Origin: Bacteroidales bacterium | GTDB lineage: Bacteria; Bacteroidota; Bacteroidia; Bacteroidales; VadinHA17 | Direction of reading: 5' to 3' | Assembly: GCA_038248855.1 (NCBI GenBank) | Contig: JBBRXA010000005.1 | Location: 22,930-86,929, forward strand | DNA: 64,000 nt | Shown: piece by piece, positions 1-8,496 of the stretch | How the letters are laid out: the number at the start of each line of letters is the position of its first letter | Numbering within the stretch: position 1 is the first letter of the stretch | The notes under the pieces: model-generated | Told to the model about the DNA's origin: nothing | The model's input: only the letters and a program-made list of their open reading frames with translations | Database searches by the model: none | Program-made: the position numbers and the translations under genes

Positions 1-1747
1 GCTTTTCGTAGCCGATGATGGTTACATATGTTTTGGCATCGCGTGACACCAGCTTTACAATGCTGTCAGGTGCGGCTTTTTGATATACCCAGCTTGATAT
101 TGCAGCCCGGCATCGCATATGGGCCTGTTCAATGTCCTTGCCTGGTGCTATCCTTACGATTTGCGTCAGAAGTCCGTTTCGGATGTAATTGTCATATTCG
201 GCCTTCCCGGTTTCAGGGGAAGATATTAGGCCAATCTCTGTCAGTTTGGGGTCCATAAGGTAATACAGTGCAAAGAGATCTGCTCTCATCTCCTCAAGGG
301 GTGAAGCATAGTTCTTCAGGGCATTCGGATCAGTTCCCGGGGCAAGCTTTCCGCTGGCATGACCTATGCATTCATGCAAATCGGTATGAAGGGCATCAGC
401 CAATGATGCAAATTCCTTAGCCCTTGTTATCTCATCTTCGTCAAAAGCAAATTCCTCCAGGAAGCCACTGCCCCTGGCAGATATATCCTTTGCGTCAGTT
501 ATGTTTGCAAGGGTGACTGACTTGGAACCAGCTTCACTCCTTATCCAGTTTGAATTTGGCAGGTTTATCCCCAGCGGAGAGGCAGGGTAACAGTCGCCAC
601 CGAGCATTGCCACATTAATAACACTGGCAGCTACGCCGGTGACTTTCTCCTTTCGGAATTGCGGATCAATAGGCGAATTGTCCTCAAACCACTGAGCATT
701 TGATGTAATCAATGATGTGCGCTTTGATGCTTCCAGGTCCTTATAATCGACCACCGACTCCCATGTTGCCTTCATTCCCAGCGGGTCACCGTAGGTCTCA
801 ATGAAACCGTTGATATAATCCACAGACAGACCCGTATTCCCTGCCCAAAGTACATTATAATCATCCCACGTTTTCAGGTCGCCTGTCCTGTAATAATCTA
901 TTAGCAATTCGATCTCGCGTTTTTGAAGATCACTGAGAGCCACCGCTTTTGCTTTTTCGAGCCATGCAATTATTCTGTCAATGGCATCTCCATAAAGTCT
1001 GCCGCTTCGGTAAGGTATTTCTGAAACCTTGCCGTCTCTCTTCATCACTTTGGTATTAAGGCCCCATGATACAGGGGTTGTATCTGCGGGATCGGCCAGG
1101 GCGGCATAATAGCCTTCGACCTCACCCTGGGTAACCCCCTCGTAAAAGTTGTTGGCAGATGAGGCAATCATATCGGTACCCTCTGTCTGATCAACGCGCT
1201 TAGGATATAGCTCCGGGTCAAACAGCAAAGGGGTAAGCAGTGTTGTGAGAGCTTCTCTGTTCATCGCCTCTGTCAGAGGAAGAAGTGAACCATCGCTCTC
1301 CTTTACCAGTGTGGCAAAATATTCTGCCGTGAAGCCTGGAACAAATTTGTCATTTGAATAATGATGGTGAATCCCGTTGGCAAAGAAGATTCGTTTGGCG
1401 TAAATGAGGAAATTCCTGAACTCTTCAGTATCCCTGTCACCTCTGTAAGAATCAATAACAGCCTCAACTGTCTTCCTGATGACAAGGTTAAACCTGAAGT
1501 TCTGATCCCAGAAAATGTCGCGTCCGCACAGAGCAGCCTCGGAAAGGTAATAAATCAGCTCCTTTTCCTGAAGTGAGAGCTGCTCAAATCCCGGGAGCCG
1601 GTATCTGAGTACACTGATATCCTCAAATCTGTCTACCTGGTATGAAAATTCTTCGGCTTTGCCACTTTTGTTTTCAGTCTGACGACATGATGTAAATAAT
1701 GCAATTCCCATGGCTGCAATTGTTCCGATTAATATTATTCTTTTCAT
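1..1747 (-). CDS. Dipeptidyl-peptidase III-like zinc peptidase (family M49), lipoprotein; C-terminal end lies beyond the left window edge
   Basis: The ORF is open at the window edge, so it is absent from the ORF track. My translation from the ATG at 1747-1745 gives MKRIILIGTIAAMGIALFTSC (lipoprotein-type signal), then FSYQVDRFEDISVLRYRLPGFEQLSLQEKELIYYLSEAALCGRDIFWDQN. In-frame HECIGH (codons 376-359) and EEMRAD (295-278) match the two M49 zinc motifs HExxGH and EExR(K)AE(D). Confidence 0.85.
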   Translation of the reverse strand, partial: MKRIILIGTIAAMGIALFTSCRQTENKSGKAEEFSYQVDRFEDISVLRYRLPGFEQLSLQEKELIYYLSEAALCGRDIFWDQNFRFNLVIRKTVEAVIDSYRGDRDTEEFRNFLIYAKRIFFANGIHHHYSNDKFVPGFTAEYFATLVKESDGSLLPLTEAMNREALTTLLTPLLFDPELYPKRVDQTEGTDMIASSANNFYEGVTQGEVEGYYAALADPADTTPVSWGLNTKVMKRDGKVSEIPYRSGRLYGDAIDRIIAWLEKAKAVALSDLQKREIELLIDYYRTGDLKTWDDYNVLWAGNTGLSVDYINGFIETYGDPLGMKATWESVVDYKDLEASKRTSLITSNAQWFEDNSPIDPQFRKEKVTGVAASVINVAMLGGDCYPASPLGINLPNSNWIRSEAGSKSVTLANITDAKDISARGSGFLEEFAFDEDEITRAKEFASLADALHTDLHECIGHASGKLAPGTDPNALKNYASPLEEMRADLFALYYLMDPKLTEIGLISSPETGKAEYDNYIRNGLLTQIVRIAPGKDIEQAHMRCRAAISSWVYQKAAPDSIVKLVSRDAKTYVTIIGYEK

Positions 1748-1852
1748 GACAACTGTGGTATGATAAGGAAAATCTAAAGTAATAAAAAGGTTTGGCGAAT
1801 ATGTTAAAATCCGGATTTTTCGGATGTCTGGCGGAAATTGCAAATAAATTCC

Positions 1853-1860
1853 TAATTTTG
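1853..1860 (+). promoter_or_regulatory. Candidate Bacteroidota -7 promoter box TAATTTTG (consensus TAnnTTTG)
   Basis: Exact match to TAnnTTTG, 21 bp upstream of the in-frame CTG at 1881 and 42 bp upstream of the TTG at 1902 of the M20 gene. No convincing -33 TTTG was seen. Confidence 0.35.
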
Positions 1861-1901
1861 AAGATATAAACCTTCGGGCGCTGAAAAAGAGTATTTTAAT
1901 A

Positions 1902-3209
1902 TTGGTCCTTCTGCTGGCTGCAAGTGTCTCCCGGGCATTTGCACAGGATCTGGCTGAGATTATTTCCGGGGAGGTAAAAAAGTCTCTCCCGGGAGCGGAA
2001 GCGCTATACAGGGACCTTCATCAGAATCCTGAGCTTTCACTTCAGGAATTCAGAACGGCCTCTAAGATGGCTGATGCTCTTCAAAAGATCGGGTTTAAGG
2101 TTACAACAGGTGTAGGCGGTAACGGGGTTGTGGGTGTTTTCACAAACGGTAAGGGTCCGGCACTGATGCTCAGGACTGACATGGACGCCCTGCCTGTTAA
2201 AGAGATGACAGGGCTGCCTTTTGCCAGTAAAGTTATCGCGCGGGACAGCCGCGGTATTGAGACGCCCGTTATGCACGCCTGCGGCCATGATATTCATATG
2301 ACTATCTGGCTGGGGACTCTCGAGACGCTTGTGAAGCTGAAAAGCAGGTGGAATGGCACAATCGTAGCCGTTGCACAGCCTGCAGAAGAAGTAAGCGGCG
2401 GTTCAGGGGAAATGATTGCTGACGGCCTTTTTACGCGTTTCCCTGTGCCGGATTATGCTCTCGCATGGCATATCAGCCCGGATCTGCCAGCAGGCACTGT
2501 CGGTTATTACCCGGGCCCTATTTTTGCAGGCGTCAACTCCGTGGATGTGAAAATTTTCGGCGTGGGAGGTCATGGCGCAATGCCTCACAAAACCATTGAT
2601 CCCATAGTGCTTACCGCCAGAATAATACTCGATTATCAAACTATTGTCAGCCGTGAGATCAACCCGGTCTCCCCTGCCGTTGTGACGGTAGGGTCTGTTC
2701 ATGGAGGTTCAAAGCATAACATTATTCCTTCGGAGGTTGACCTACAGCTTACAATCAGATTCTTCACTGATGATGTATACCGCCAGATCATGACTGCGCT
2801 TAAACGGATTACAGAGGGTGTTGCATATTCAGCCGGTCTCACGGATGAGCAGTTGCCGGTAATTACTGCGGGAAAAGAGTATACGCCCCCTGTGGCAAAT
2901 GATCCTGATCTTGTAAAAAGGGTTGCATCATCAATCAGCACCGTCCTTGGAAAGGAAAATACAATCCTGGTTGACCCTTCCACCGTTGCCGAAGACTTCG
3001 GCAGATACGGACGTACCCCTGAAAATGTGAAGATAGGGCTGTTCTGGCTCGGCGGAGCCAACCAGGCCAGATATGATGAAAGCAAACTCAAAAATACGAT
3101 TCTGCCTGCTCTTCATAGTCAGACATTCCATCCTGATTTCGAGCCCTCCTATGTTACCGGTGTTGCTTCAATGACCAGGGCGGTTATTGACCTCCTGCAA
3201 TCCAAATAA
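1902..3209 (+). CDS. M20D-family amidohydrolase/peptidase (N-acyl-amino-acid amidohydrolase-like), secreted
   Basis: 435-aa ORF with the M20 metal-site motif MHACGHD and a signal-like N-terminus ending AFAQ. The track start is a TTG. An in-frame CTG at 1881 would give a better signal peptide (MKKSILILVLLLAASVSRAFAQ). No ATG exists downstream of the in-frame TAA at 1845-1847. Confidence 0.85.
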   Translation: MVLLLAASVSRAFAQDLAEIISGEVKKSLPGAEALYRDLHQNPELSLQEFRTASKMADALQKIGFKVTTGVGGNGVVGVFTNGKGPALMLRTDMDALPVKEMTGLPFASKVIARDSRGIETPVMHACGHDIHMTIWLGTLETLVKLKSRWNGTIVAVAQPAEEVSGGSGEMIADGLFTRFPVPDYALAWHISPDLPAGTVGYYPGPIFAGVNSVDVKIFGVGGHGAMPHKTIDPIVLTARIILDYQTIVSREINPVSPAVVTVGSVHGGSKHNIIPSEVDLQLTIRFFTDDVYRQIMTALKRITEGVAYSAGLTDEQLPVITAGKEYTPPVANDPDLVKRVASSISTVLGKENTILVDPSTVAEDFGRYGRTPENVKIGLFWLGGANQARYDESKLKNTILPALHSQTFHPDFEPSYVTGVASMTRAVIDLLQSK

Positions 3210-3962
3210 TCACAGCCCCAGCAAATCCATCACCCCGTTAATGAAAGTTAGCGGATGAGCCGGATTACCCGGTACATAAAGATCTGTTTTGTGATCGCTG
3301 AGGAAGCTGCGGTTCAATGACGGGCTTCCGTCGAAAATGCCTCCGCTGATCGCATCAGAGCCAACCAGGATAATTATTTTAGGTGAAGGCACTGCCTGGT
3401 AGGTAAGCTCCAGGGCCCGTGACATATTTTCTGTTATGGGACCGGTGATTACAATTCCGTCAGCATGCCGCGGGGATGCCACAAACTCGACACCGTAACG
3501 CCCGAAGTCGAAGTTTACGTTTCCGATAGCGGCAAGTTCCATCTCGCAGGAATTATCGCCTCCTGCAGAGACCTGTCTCAGCTTCAGGGCTTTCTTAAAC
3601 AGTCTCCTGACATCTTTTCTGACAGTTGATTCGTCAAGCCTGAGCGGTTCCTTCCGGCCGGGGCTGATTATCAGATCCTCCCTCTTGTTTGCAGCAATCC
3701 GGTAATCGTTCAGGAACCTGATCCTTTCCGGCAGCAGAAATGCACATTCATTGCAGAATGCGCACCGGCCAAGATCAATCGCCCCGCTCTTACTGTCTAT
3801 CGCATTTAACGGGCAAAGGGCGGAAACCAATTCTATCTCCTTCGGGGTAATTCCATCAGAGATCACCGGCAGGCCCCTGAAACGTTCTGACACAGTTTGT
3901 TTCCTAAGGTCTTCAATATATTGCCTTCCATGGTCCCGTATTACTCTCAGTTCTCTTTTCAT
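3210..3962 (-). CDS. NuoB/HycG-like small subunit of a Hyf/Ehr-like membrane complex, with an N-terminal ferredoxin-relic extension; most [4Fe-4S] ligands substituted
   Basis: The C-terminal 120 aa has the NuoB/hydrogenase small-subunit pattern (SPRHADGIVITGPIT, ISGGIF, YVPGNPAHP). The ligand positions read GGDNSCEME, GSDAISGG and PGNPAHP where CxxC, GxCxxxGG and PGCPP are expected. The N-terminal ~125 aa carries CP(50) and CAFCNEC(67-73). Confidence 0.8.
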   Translation of the reverse strand: MKRELRVIRDHGRQYIEDLRKQTVSERFRGLPVISDGITPKEIELVSALCPLNAIDSKSGAIDLGRCAFCNECAFLLPERIRFLNDYRIAANKREDLIISPGRKEPLRLDESTVRKDVRRLFKKALKLRQVSAGGDNSCEMELAAIGNVNFDFGRYGVEFVASPRHADGIVITGPITENMSRALELTYQAVPSPKIIILVGSDAISGGIFDGSPSLNRSFLSDHKTDLYVPGNPAHPLTFINGVMDLLGL

Positions 3963-3983
3963 TTTACATTTTCCTTTATGTGT

Positions 3984-5510
3984 CTAAAGGTCATGACCGC
4001 AATATGAAAGGTTGAAGCTCTTGTTGCAAACCGGGAAATCGGATATCTCCTCTCCCCTGACAGCAAGTGCCAGCATCATCCAGTTATGGACTGAGGGATC
4101 CTTGATCCTGTACAATGAAAAATTGCCGTCAGACTCCGTTACTGCGCAGTGGCATATCTCACCCCTCCATCCTTCGGTCAGGCTTACACCAAGCATTCCC
4201 GGCTGAAACTTTAACGACCACGACGGTTTTGGTGCTTCGTTGCCGGTATTGTCTCTCAATGCTGCAAGCAGCTTGATGACAACTGAATAGGAAAGTTCAA
4301 ATTCCACTTTTCTCATCACTGCGCGGGCCAGCACGTCGCCGGATTCAAGCATGGCAGTTTTATAATGAAAATCACGGTACGCCTGGAAAGGATGTGAAGC
4401 GCGCACATCACGGTTCAGGCCTGCTGTTCTTGCGGCCATTCCGACCGCCCCTGATTTCCTTGCCTGGATCAGCGAGACCGTACCTGTATTCTCAAAGCGT
4501 GACAGAATGCCTGCATTGCCGTAGATAAGATCAGTGACATTTATAAATCTTCTCTTGATCTCTTCAAGGTTTCGGGTCAGAATGTCAATCATTTCCGCCG
4601 ACAGGGGATAATTTGTTCCTCCCGGCCTTATCAAGCCCTTGCCGAATCGGTTCCCGCACCACTCCTGTGTGGAATTTATGATCAGGGTCCTGAGTGCCTC
4701 GCAGGTTACCTGTCCCTGCTGGTACCCCACATCACCGCACAGTGCGGCAGTGTCACCCGTATGAACGGCCATACGCTCCATCTCAAGGGCCACGATGCGT
4801 TCAACCTGCAGGATCTTTTCCGGTACGCTGCCTGAAAGCGCCTCCGCCAGCTGTGAAAATGCAAGAGCATGACCTGCTGCAGTATCGCCGGCGATGCTTT
4901 CAGAAAGAACCGACAGCTGATGTAAACTTCGCTTTTCGGAAAAATGTTTTTCAATTGCCCGGTGCTGGTATCCCAGCTGTATTTCAAGATGCAGGATATT
5001 TTCACCGTGACATATAAACCTGAAATGACCGGGCTCAATGACGCCGGCATGTACAGGTCCCACCCCCACTTCATGAACCTCTTCGCTGTCAATCGTGTAA
5101 AACGGATAGGTGTCCATCGACAACCCGGTATCAAACCTGTCGTGCGGGTATCTCACCGGCTTCATCCAGGGGTGTCCTGCAAAATCAATTCCCAGGGTTT
5201 CATGGATCTCCCTTTCGAAGATGTGCATGGGATAGGAGACTGCTGAAATGGATTTCAATGATCGTACCAACTTCTCCTGGACATGTGAGAATATGAAGAT
5301 ACTGTGTGAATCGTCGGAAGCAATAAGGATATAAAACCGAAGTTTCTGCGATGCAGAGTGTACGAAATAGTTCACTACATGATTGCCCTTTTTATTCAGC
5401 AATGCAGTGGTCTGGTCAAAGAATCCTCCGTAATCCAGCACCGGAATATCTTTAATATTTATTGCTTCCGGGTTATTCTTCATTGTGTAGTAGTCCATGG
5501 TCTGGTTCAT
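3984..5510 (-). CDS. NuoC-NuoD fusion / HycE-HyfG-like large subunit lacking the NiFe-binding cysteines
   Basis: 508 aa. It carries the group-4 hydrogenase / complex-I 49-kDa signatures GPVHAGVIEPGHFRF and LGYQHRAIEK. The L1 site reads ESIAGDTAAGH instead of RxCGxCxxxH. The C-terminus reads SFNLSYCGHDL instead of DPCxxCxxR. It overlaps the upstream gene by 4 nt (ATGA). Confidence 0.85.
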   Translation of the reverse strand: MNQTMDYYTMKNNPEAINIKDIPVLDYGGFFDQTTALLNKKGNHVVNYFVHSASQKLRFYILIASDDSHSIFIFSHVQEKLVRSLKSISAVSYPMHIFEREIHETLGIDFAGHPWMKPVRYPHDRFDTGLSMDTYPFYTIDSEEVHEVGVGPVHAGVIEPGHFRFICHGENILHLEIQLGYQHRAIEKHFSEKRSLHQLSVLSESIAGDTAAGHALAFSQLAEALSGSVPEKILQVERIVALEMERMAVHTGDTAALCGDVGYQQGQVTCEALRTLIINSTQEWCGNRFGKGLIRPGGTNYPLSAEMIDILTRNLEEIKRRFINVTDLIYGNAGILSRFENTGTVSLIQARKSGAVGMAARTAGLNRDVRASHPFQAYRDFHYKTAMLESGDVLARAVMRKVEFELSYSVVIKLLAALRDNTGNEAPKPSWSLKFQPGMLGVSLTEGWRGEICHCAVTESDGNFSLYRIKDPSVHNWMMLALAVRGEEISDFPVCNKSFNLSYCGHDL

Positions 5511-6949
5511 TTCAGGTTTATGACGGACAACGGAAGATGATTGTCAAGACCGGATATCGAAGAAAAGAGTCCGGCAAGAAAATCAGGAAGATAGAAACAG
5601 GCAATGACAGCCAGTCCGAAAAAGACAATTTGTGAAAAATATTCGGAAAACGGTACGGTGCCGGTCTGCTCATGAGCCGGCAGTGGATTTCCCATAATCA
5701 CCCTGAGATTCTTGTTGAAAATCCCGTAAAAGATGAGGGTCAGCAGAACGGCAACTGTCAGAAACACCAGCCAGTGACTGTTAATCATCTCCTTAAAGAG
5801 CAGGAACTCGCTCAGGAACAAGCCTGAAGGCGGAATGGCGGTGATGAGAATTACGCCTGACAGTAGGATTACAGCACCTGCCGGATTCAGCGCAAGGTAC
5901 CCCCCCGTCTTGGAAATCTTATATGACTTGAGTACACGATGTAAAATTCCGGCATGAAAGAAGAGCCCTGACTTAATCAATGAATGAACTGTAATCTGGA
6001 TAAGGGCTATATAAATTCCGATTTTACCGAAGCTTAACGCAATCAGTACCAGACCCATATGCTCAACAGTTGAATACGCAAACACGCGTTTCAGATTACT
6101 GGCCTTCTGCATATAGATGGCAGATGCAAGGAGAGAAAGCAACCCGGTAATGAGAAGCACAAGATTCATCCATTCCGTGATCGGTGAGTCAGCCATCGAT
6201 GCAAATACCCTGAAGAAAGCAATGAATCCGCCGTTAACCAGTGCAGTTGAAAGAAAAGCGCTTACCGGCGCCGGCGCCACGTAGTTTGCATCAATTCCGA
6301 TAGTGTAAAGAGGAAATACCTCAAGTTTCGAGCTGTAACCGGTCAGAATAAGAACGAAAGCAATTTTCAGGTATACAGGGTCAATTCCTGCAAAGGACCT
6401 CCTCAGGCTTTCGAATGACATATCACCTGTTTGCCCTGCACCCGGATTGGCGCTGGCGAAGAGAATCCCGATGTATGCAAGGGCGATTCCCACTGAACAG
6501 ATAAAGACATATTTCCAGGTGGCTTCCAGCGATGTAAGGGACCTGTTATGGTTGATAAGTCCTGCAGCTGAGAGAGTGGTCAGCTCGATAAATATCCAGG
6601 AAACAATGACATTATTTGCCGTATAAACACCTGTCAGTGAAATATTCAGGGCTATGAATGAAAAAAAGAAAAGAGCCCTTTTCCTGCGTGAATCATCCCT
6701 GACGTAACCTATACTGTGATAAAAGGAGGCGGCCGCAATCAGCGACATAAGCAATAAAAAGACAACGGCCAGGGCATCGTACGTAAAATAGCGGAAATCG
6801 ACCTTATCCCTGTTTAACAGGGCATAAACGGAAAACGCGGCCTGCAGAACGATAAAGGTAAAGGTGTAAACCAGGGAACTTCGCTTTCCGGGATAAAGAA
6901 GGATAAGGCCTGCAATGATTAACCCGACTATGAAGTATACGCCAACCAT
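5507..6949 (-). CDS. HyfF/NuoN/NuoM-like antiporter-type membrane subunit
   Basis: 480-aa polytopic protein with proton-antiporter-module signatures: WIFIELTTLS, GYSSKLEVFPLY, YSTVEHMG, VHSLIKSGLFF. Confidence 0.85.
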   Translation of the reverse strand: MVGVYFIVGLIIAGLILLYPGKRSSLVYTFTFIVLQAAFSVYALLNRDKVDFRYFTYDALAVVFLLLMSLIAAASFYHSIGYVRDDSRRKRALFFFSFIALNISLTGVYTANNVIVSWIFIELTTLSAAGLINHNRSLTSLEATWKYVFICSVGIALAYIGILFASANPGAGQTGDMSFESLRRSFAGIDPVYLKIAFVLILTGYSSKLEVFPLYTIGIDANYVAPAPVSAFLSTALVNGGFIAFFRVFASMADSPITEWMNLVLLITGLLSLLASAIYMQKASNLKRVFAYSTVEHMGLVLIALSFGKIGIYIALIQITVHSLIKSGLFFHAGILHRVLKSYKISKTGGYLALNPAGAVILLSGVILITAIPPSGLFLSEFLLFKEMINSHWLVFLTVAVLLTLIFYGIFNKNLRVIMGNPLPAHEQTGTVPFSEYFSQIVFFGLAVIACFYLPDFLAGLFSSISGLDNHLPLSVINLK

Positions 6950-7578
6950 CAGTCAGTAAGTTTTGTCAGGCTTTCGGCTTCAAAACCGCCCATTTTATGA
7001 CCTATCCTGGTAAGGAAGATACTCATGATCAGGACGGCGATAAATATGTCAAGCAGGATTCCGGCATTAACGAGAAGCGGAAATTCCTTCCCGATAGCAA
7101 TTGAAAACAGGAATACCGAATTCTCGATTATCAGGAAACCTACCAGGTGGCCGAATATAAGTTTACGCACGCTGATCAGGATGAGACCGGTAAACAGGGT
7201 AAGAAATGCAATTACCAGGAATGCACTGTCAACCATTGGTATGGCAAGAATCCGGGCAAGAAGCAGGCTTATTCCCAAAGCTATGATCATAATAATCACA
7301 GTATAGTTTCCCGGCAGCGATCTTTTATGAACGTTCCGGATTCCCGTTCTCTCGAGAATCTTCCTGAGCATGTAGGGAACAACCAGCGATTTAAACAGAA
7401 CGGTTTCCAGTAAAATGAAGATCAGGTTGATAAAGGTAAAGTTCTCCAGTTGCGTGAGGGCTATTCCGAACAGCAGGAATCCCTGGATCATGTAAACCTG
7501 GATATAGGTGCTGAACTTCTCGGTTGCTGCTATGTACACCAGGGAAATACCGAATAAGACATATAGCATAACTCCCAT
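6949..7578 (-). CDS. HyfE-like small polytopic membrane subunit
   Basis: 209 aa with about 7 hydrophobic spans. The call rests on its position between the NuoH-like and NuoN-like genes, as in hyf operons. It has a 1-nt overlap (TGATG) with the downstream gene. Confidence 0.6.
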   Translation of the reverse strand: MGVMLYVLFGISLVYIAATEKFSTYIQVYMIQGFLLFGIALTQLENFTFINLIFILLETVLFKSLVVPYMLRKILERTGIRNVHKRSLPGNYTVIIMIIALGISLLLARILAIPMVDSAFLVIAFLTLFTGLILISVRKLIFGHLVGFLIIENSVFLFSIAIGKEFPLLVNAGILLDIFIAVLIMSIFLTRIGHKMGGFEAESLTKLTD

Positions 7579-7579
7579 C

Positions 7580-8482
7580 TCAGAAAATATTTTTGGTGAA
7601 TAGTATTACAACGAAAAACAATACCGAAATAAGAGTCACGGTAAGGATATATTGCTGATTCCTGTTCATCTTGAATCTTGTTCTGAACGACTCGCTGAAA
7701 CCTATTGCAACTGAGAACAGAAGCTGTACCGCAAAATAGAGACTTACCCTGACAGCCGGAGGCAGGTCCCGGGGAATAACCGCCGATGCAATAAGGCTCC
7801 CGAAAATTGCAAATTTAAGCATGGATGTCAGTTGTATCATTGCGAGGTTGAACCCGCTTGTATCAAGTACCATAACCTCGTGAATCATAGTCAGTTCAAG
7901 GTGGGTCTTCGGATCATCTACCGGAATACGGCTGTTTTCAACAAGAGTGATATTTCCGATTATGTAAGCAACTATCAATCCGAAAACCAGGCTGTAACCC
8001 TCATTCTGAGAAAGATTGAAAATGGAAGAGAGAGAAAACTGTCCGGTAAAAACCGTGAGGCCCGCAATGAGGATGAAGAGAGCCGGTTCAATCAGCATGC
8101 CGTACAGTGCTTCCCGGCTGGCGCCCATACCTTCTAAACTGCTTCCGCTGTCAAATGCGGTAATTATCATCATGAATCTGCCCAGCGCCATCAGGTAGGC
8201 AAACAGGATGAAATCTCCCCTGAATGAAAGCAACGGTTTGAATCCCGCAACAGGAACCATCAGCGAAGCGACCAGAAGAGCGGCTATGATTACAATGGGT
8301 GCAATCCTGCTGATAATACCTGAAGTCTCGCTGTAGACAGTCACTTTCCTTATCAGCACCATGACATTATTCACAGGTTGAAATATACCCGGCCCCTTAC
8401 GTCCTGACGAGATGCTCTTGACCCTGATTATCAGTCCGGTAGTCATTAGTGAGGTAATCAGTATCAATAAAATTGCAATCAT
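7580..8482 (-). CDS. NuoH/HycD/HyfC-like membrane subunit
   Basis: 300-aa polytopic protein with NuoH-family patterns SSLEGMGASREALYGMLIEPALF and LVENSRIPVDDPKTHLELTMIHE. Confidence 0.8.
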   Translation of the reverse strand: MIAILLILITSLMTTGLIIRVKSISSGRKGPGIFQPVNNVMVLIRKVTVYSETSGIISRIAPIVIIAALLVASLMVPVAGFKPLLSFRGDFILFAYLMALGRFMMIITAFDSGSSLEGMGASREALYGMLIEPALFILIAGLTVFTGQFSLSSIFNLSQNEGYSLVFGLIVAYIIGNITLVENSRIPVDDPKTHLELTMIHEVMVLDTSGFNLAMIQLTSMLKFAIFGSLIASAVIPRDLPPAVRVSLYFAVQLLFSVAIGFSESFRTRFKMNRNQQYILTVTLISVLFFVVILFTKNIF

Positions 8483-8496
8483 TTTCCGGATTCCTG

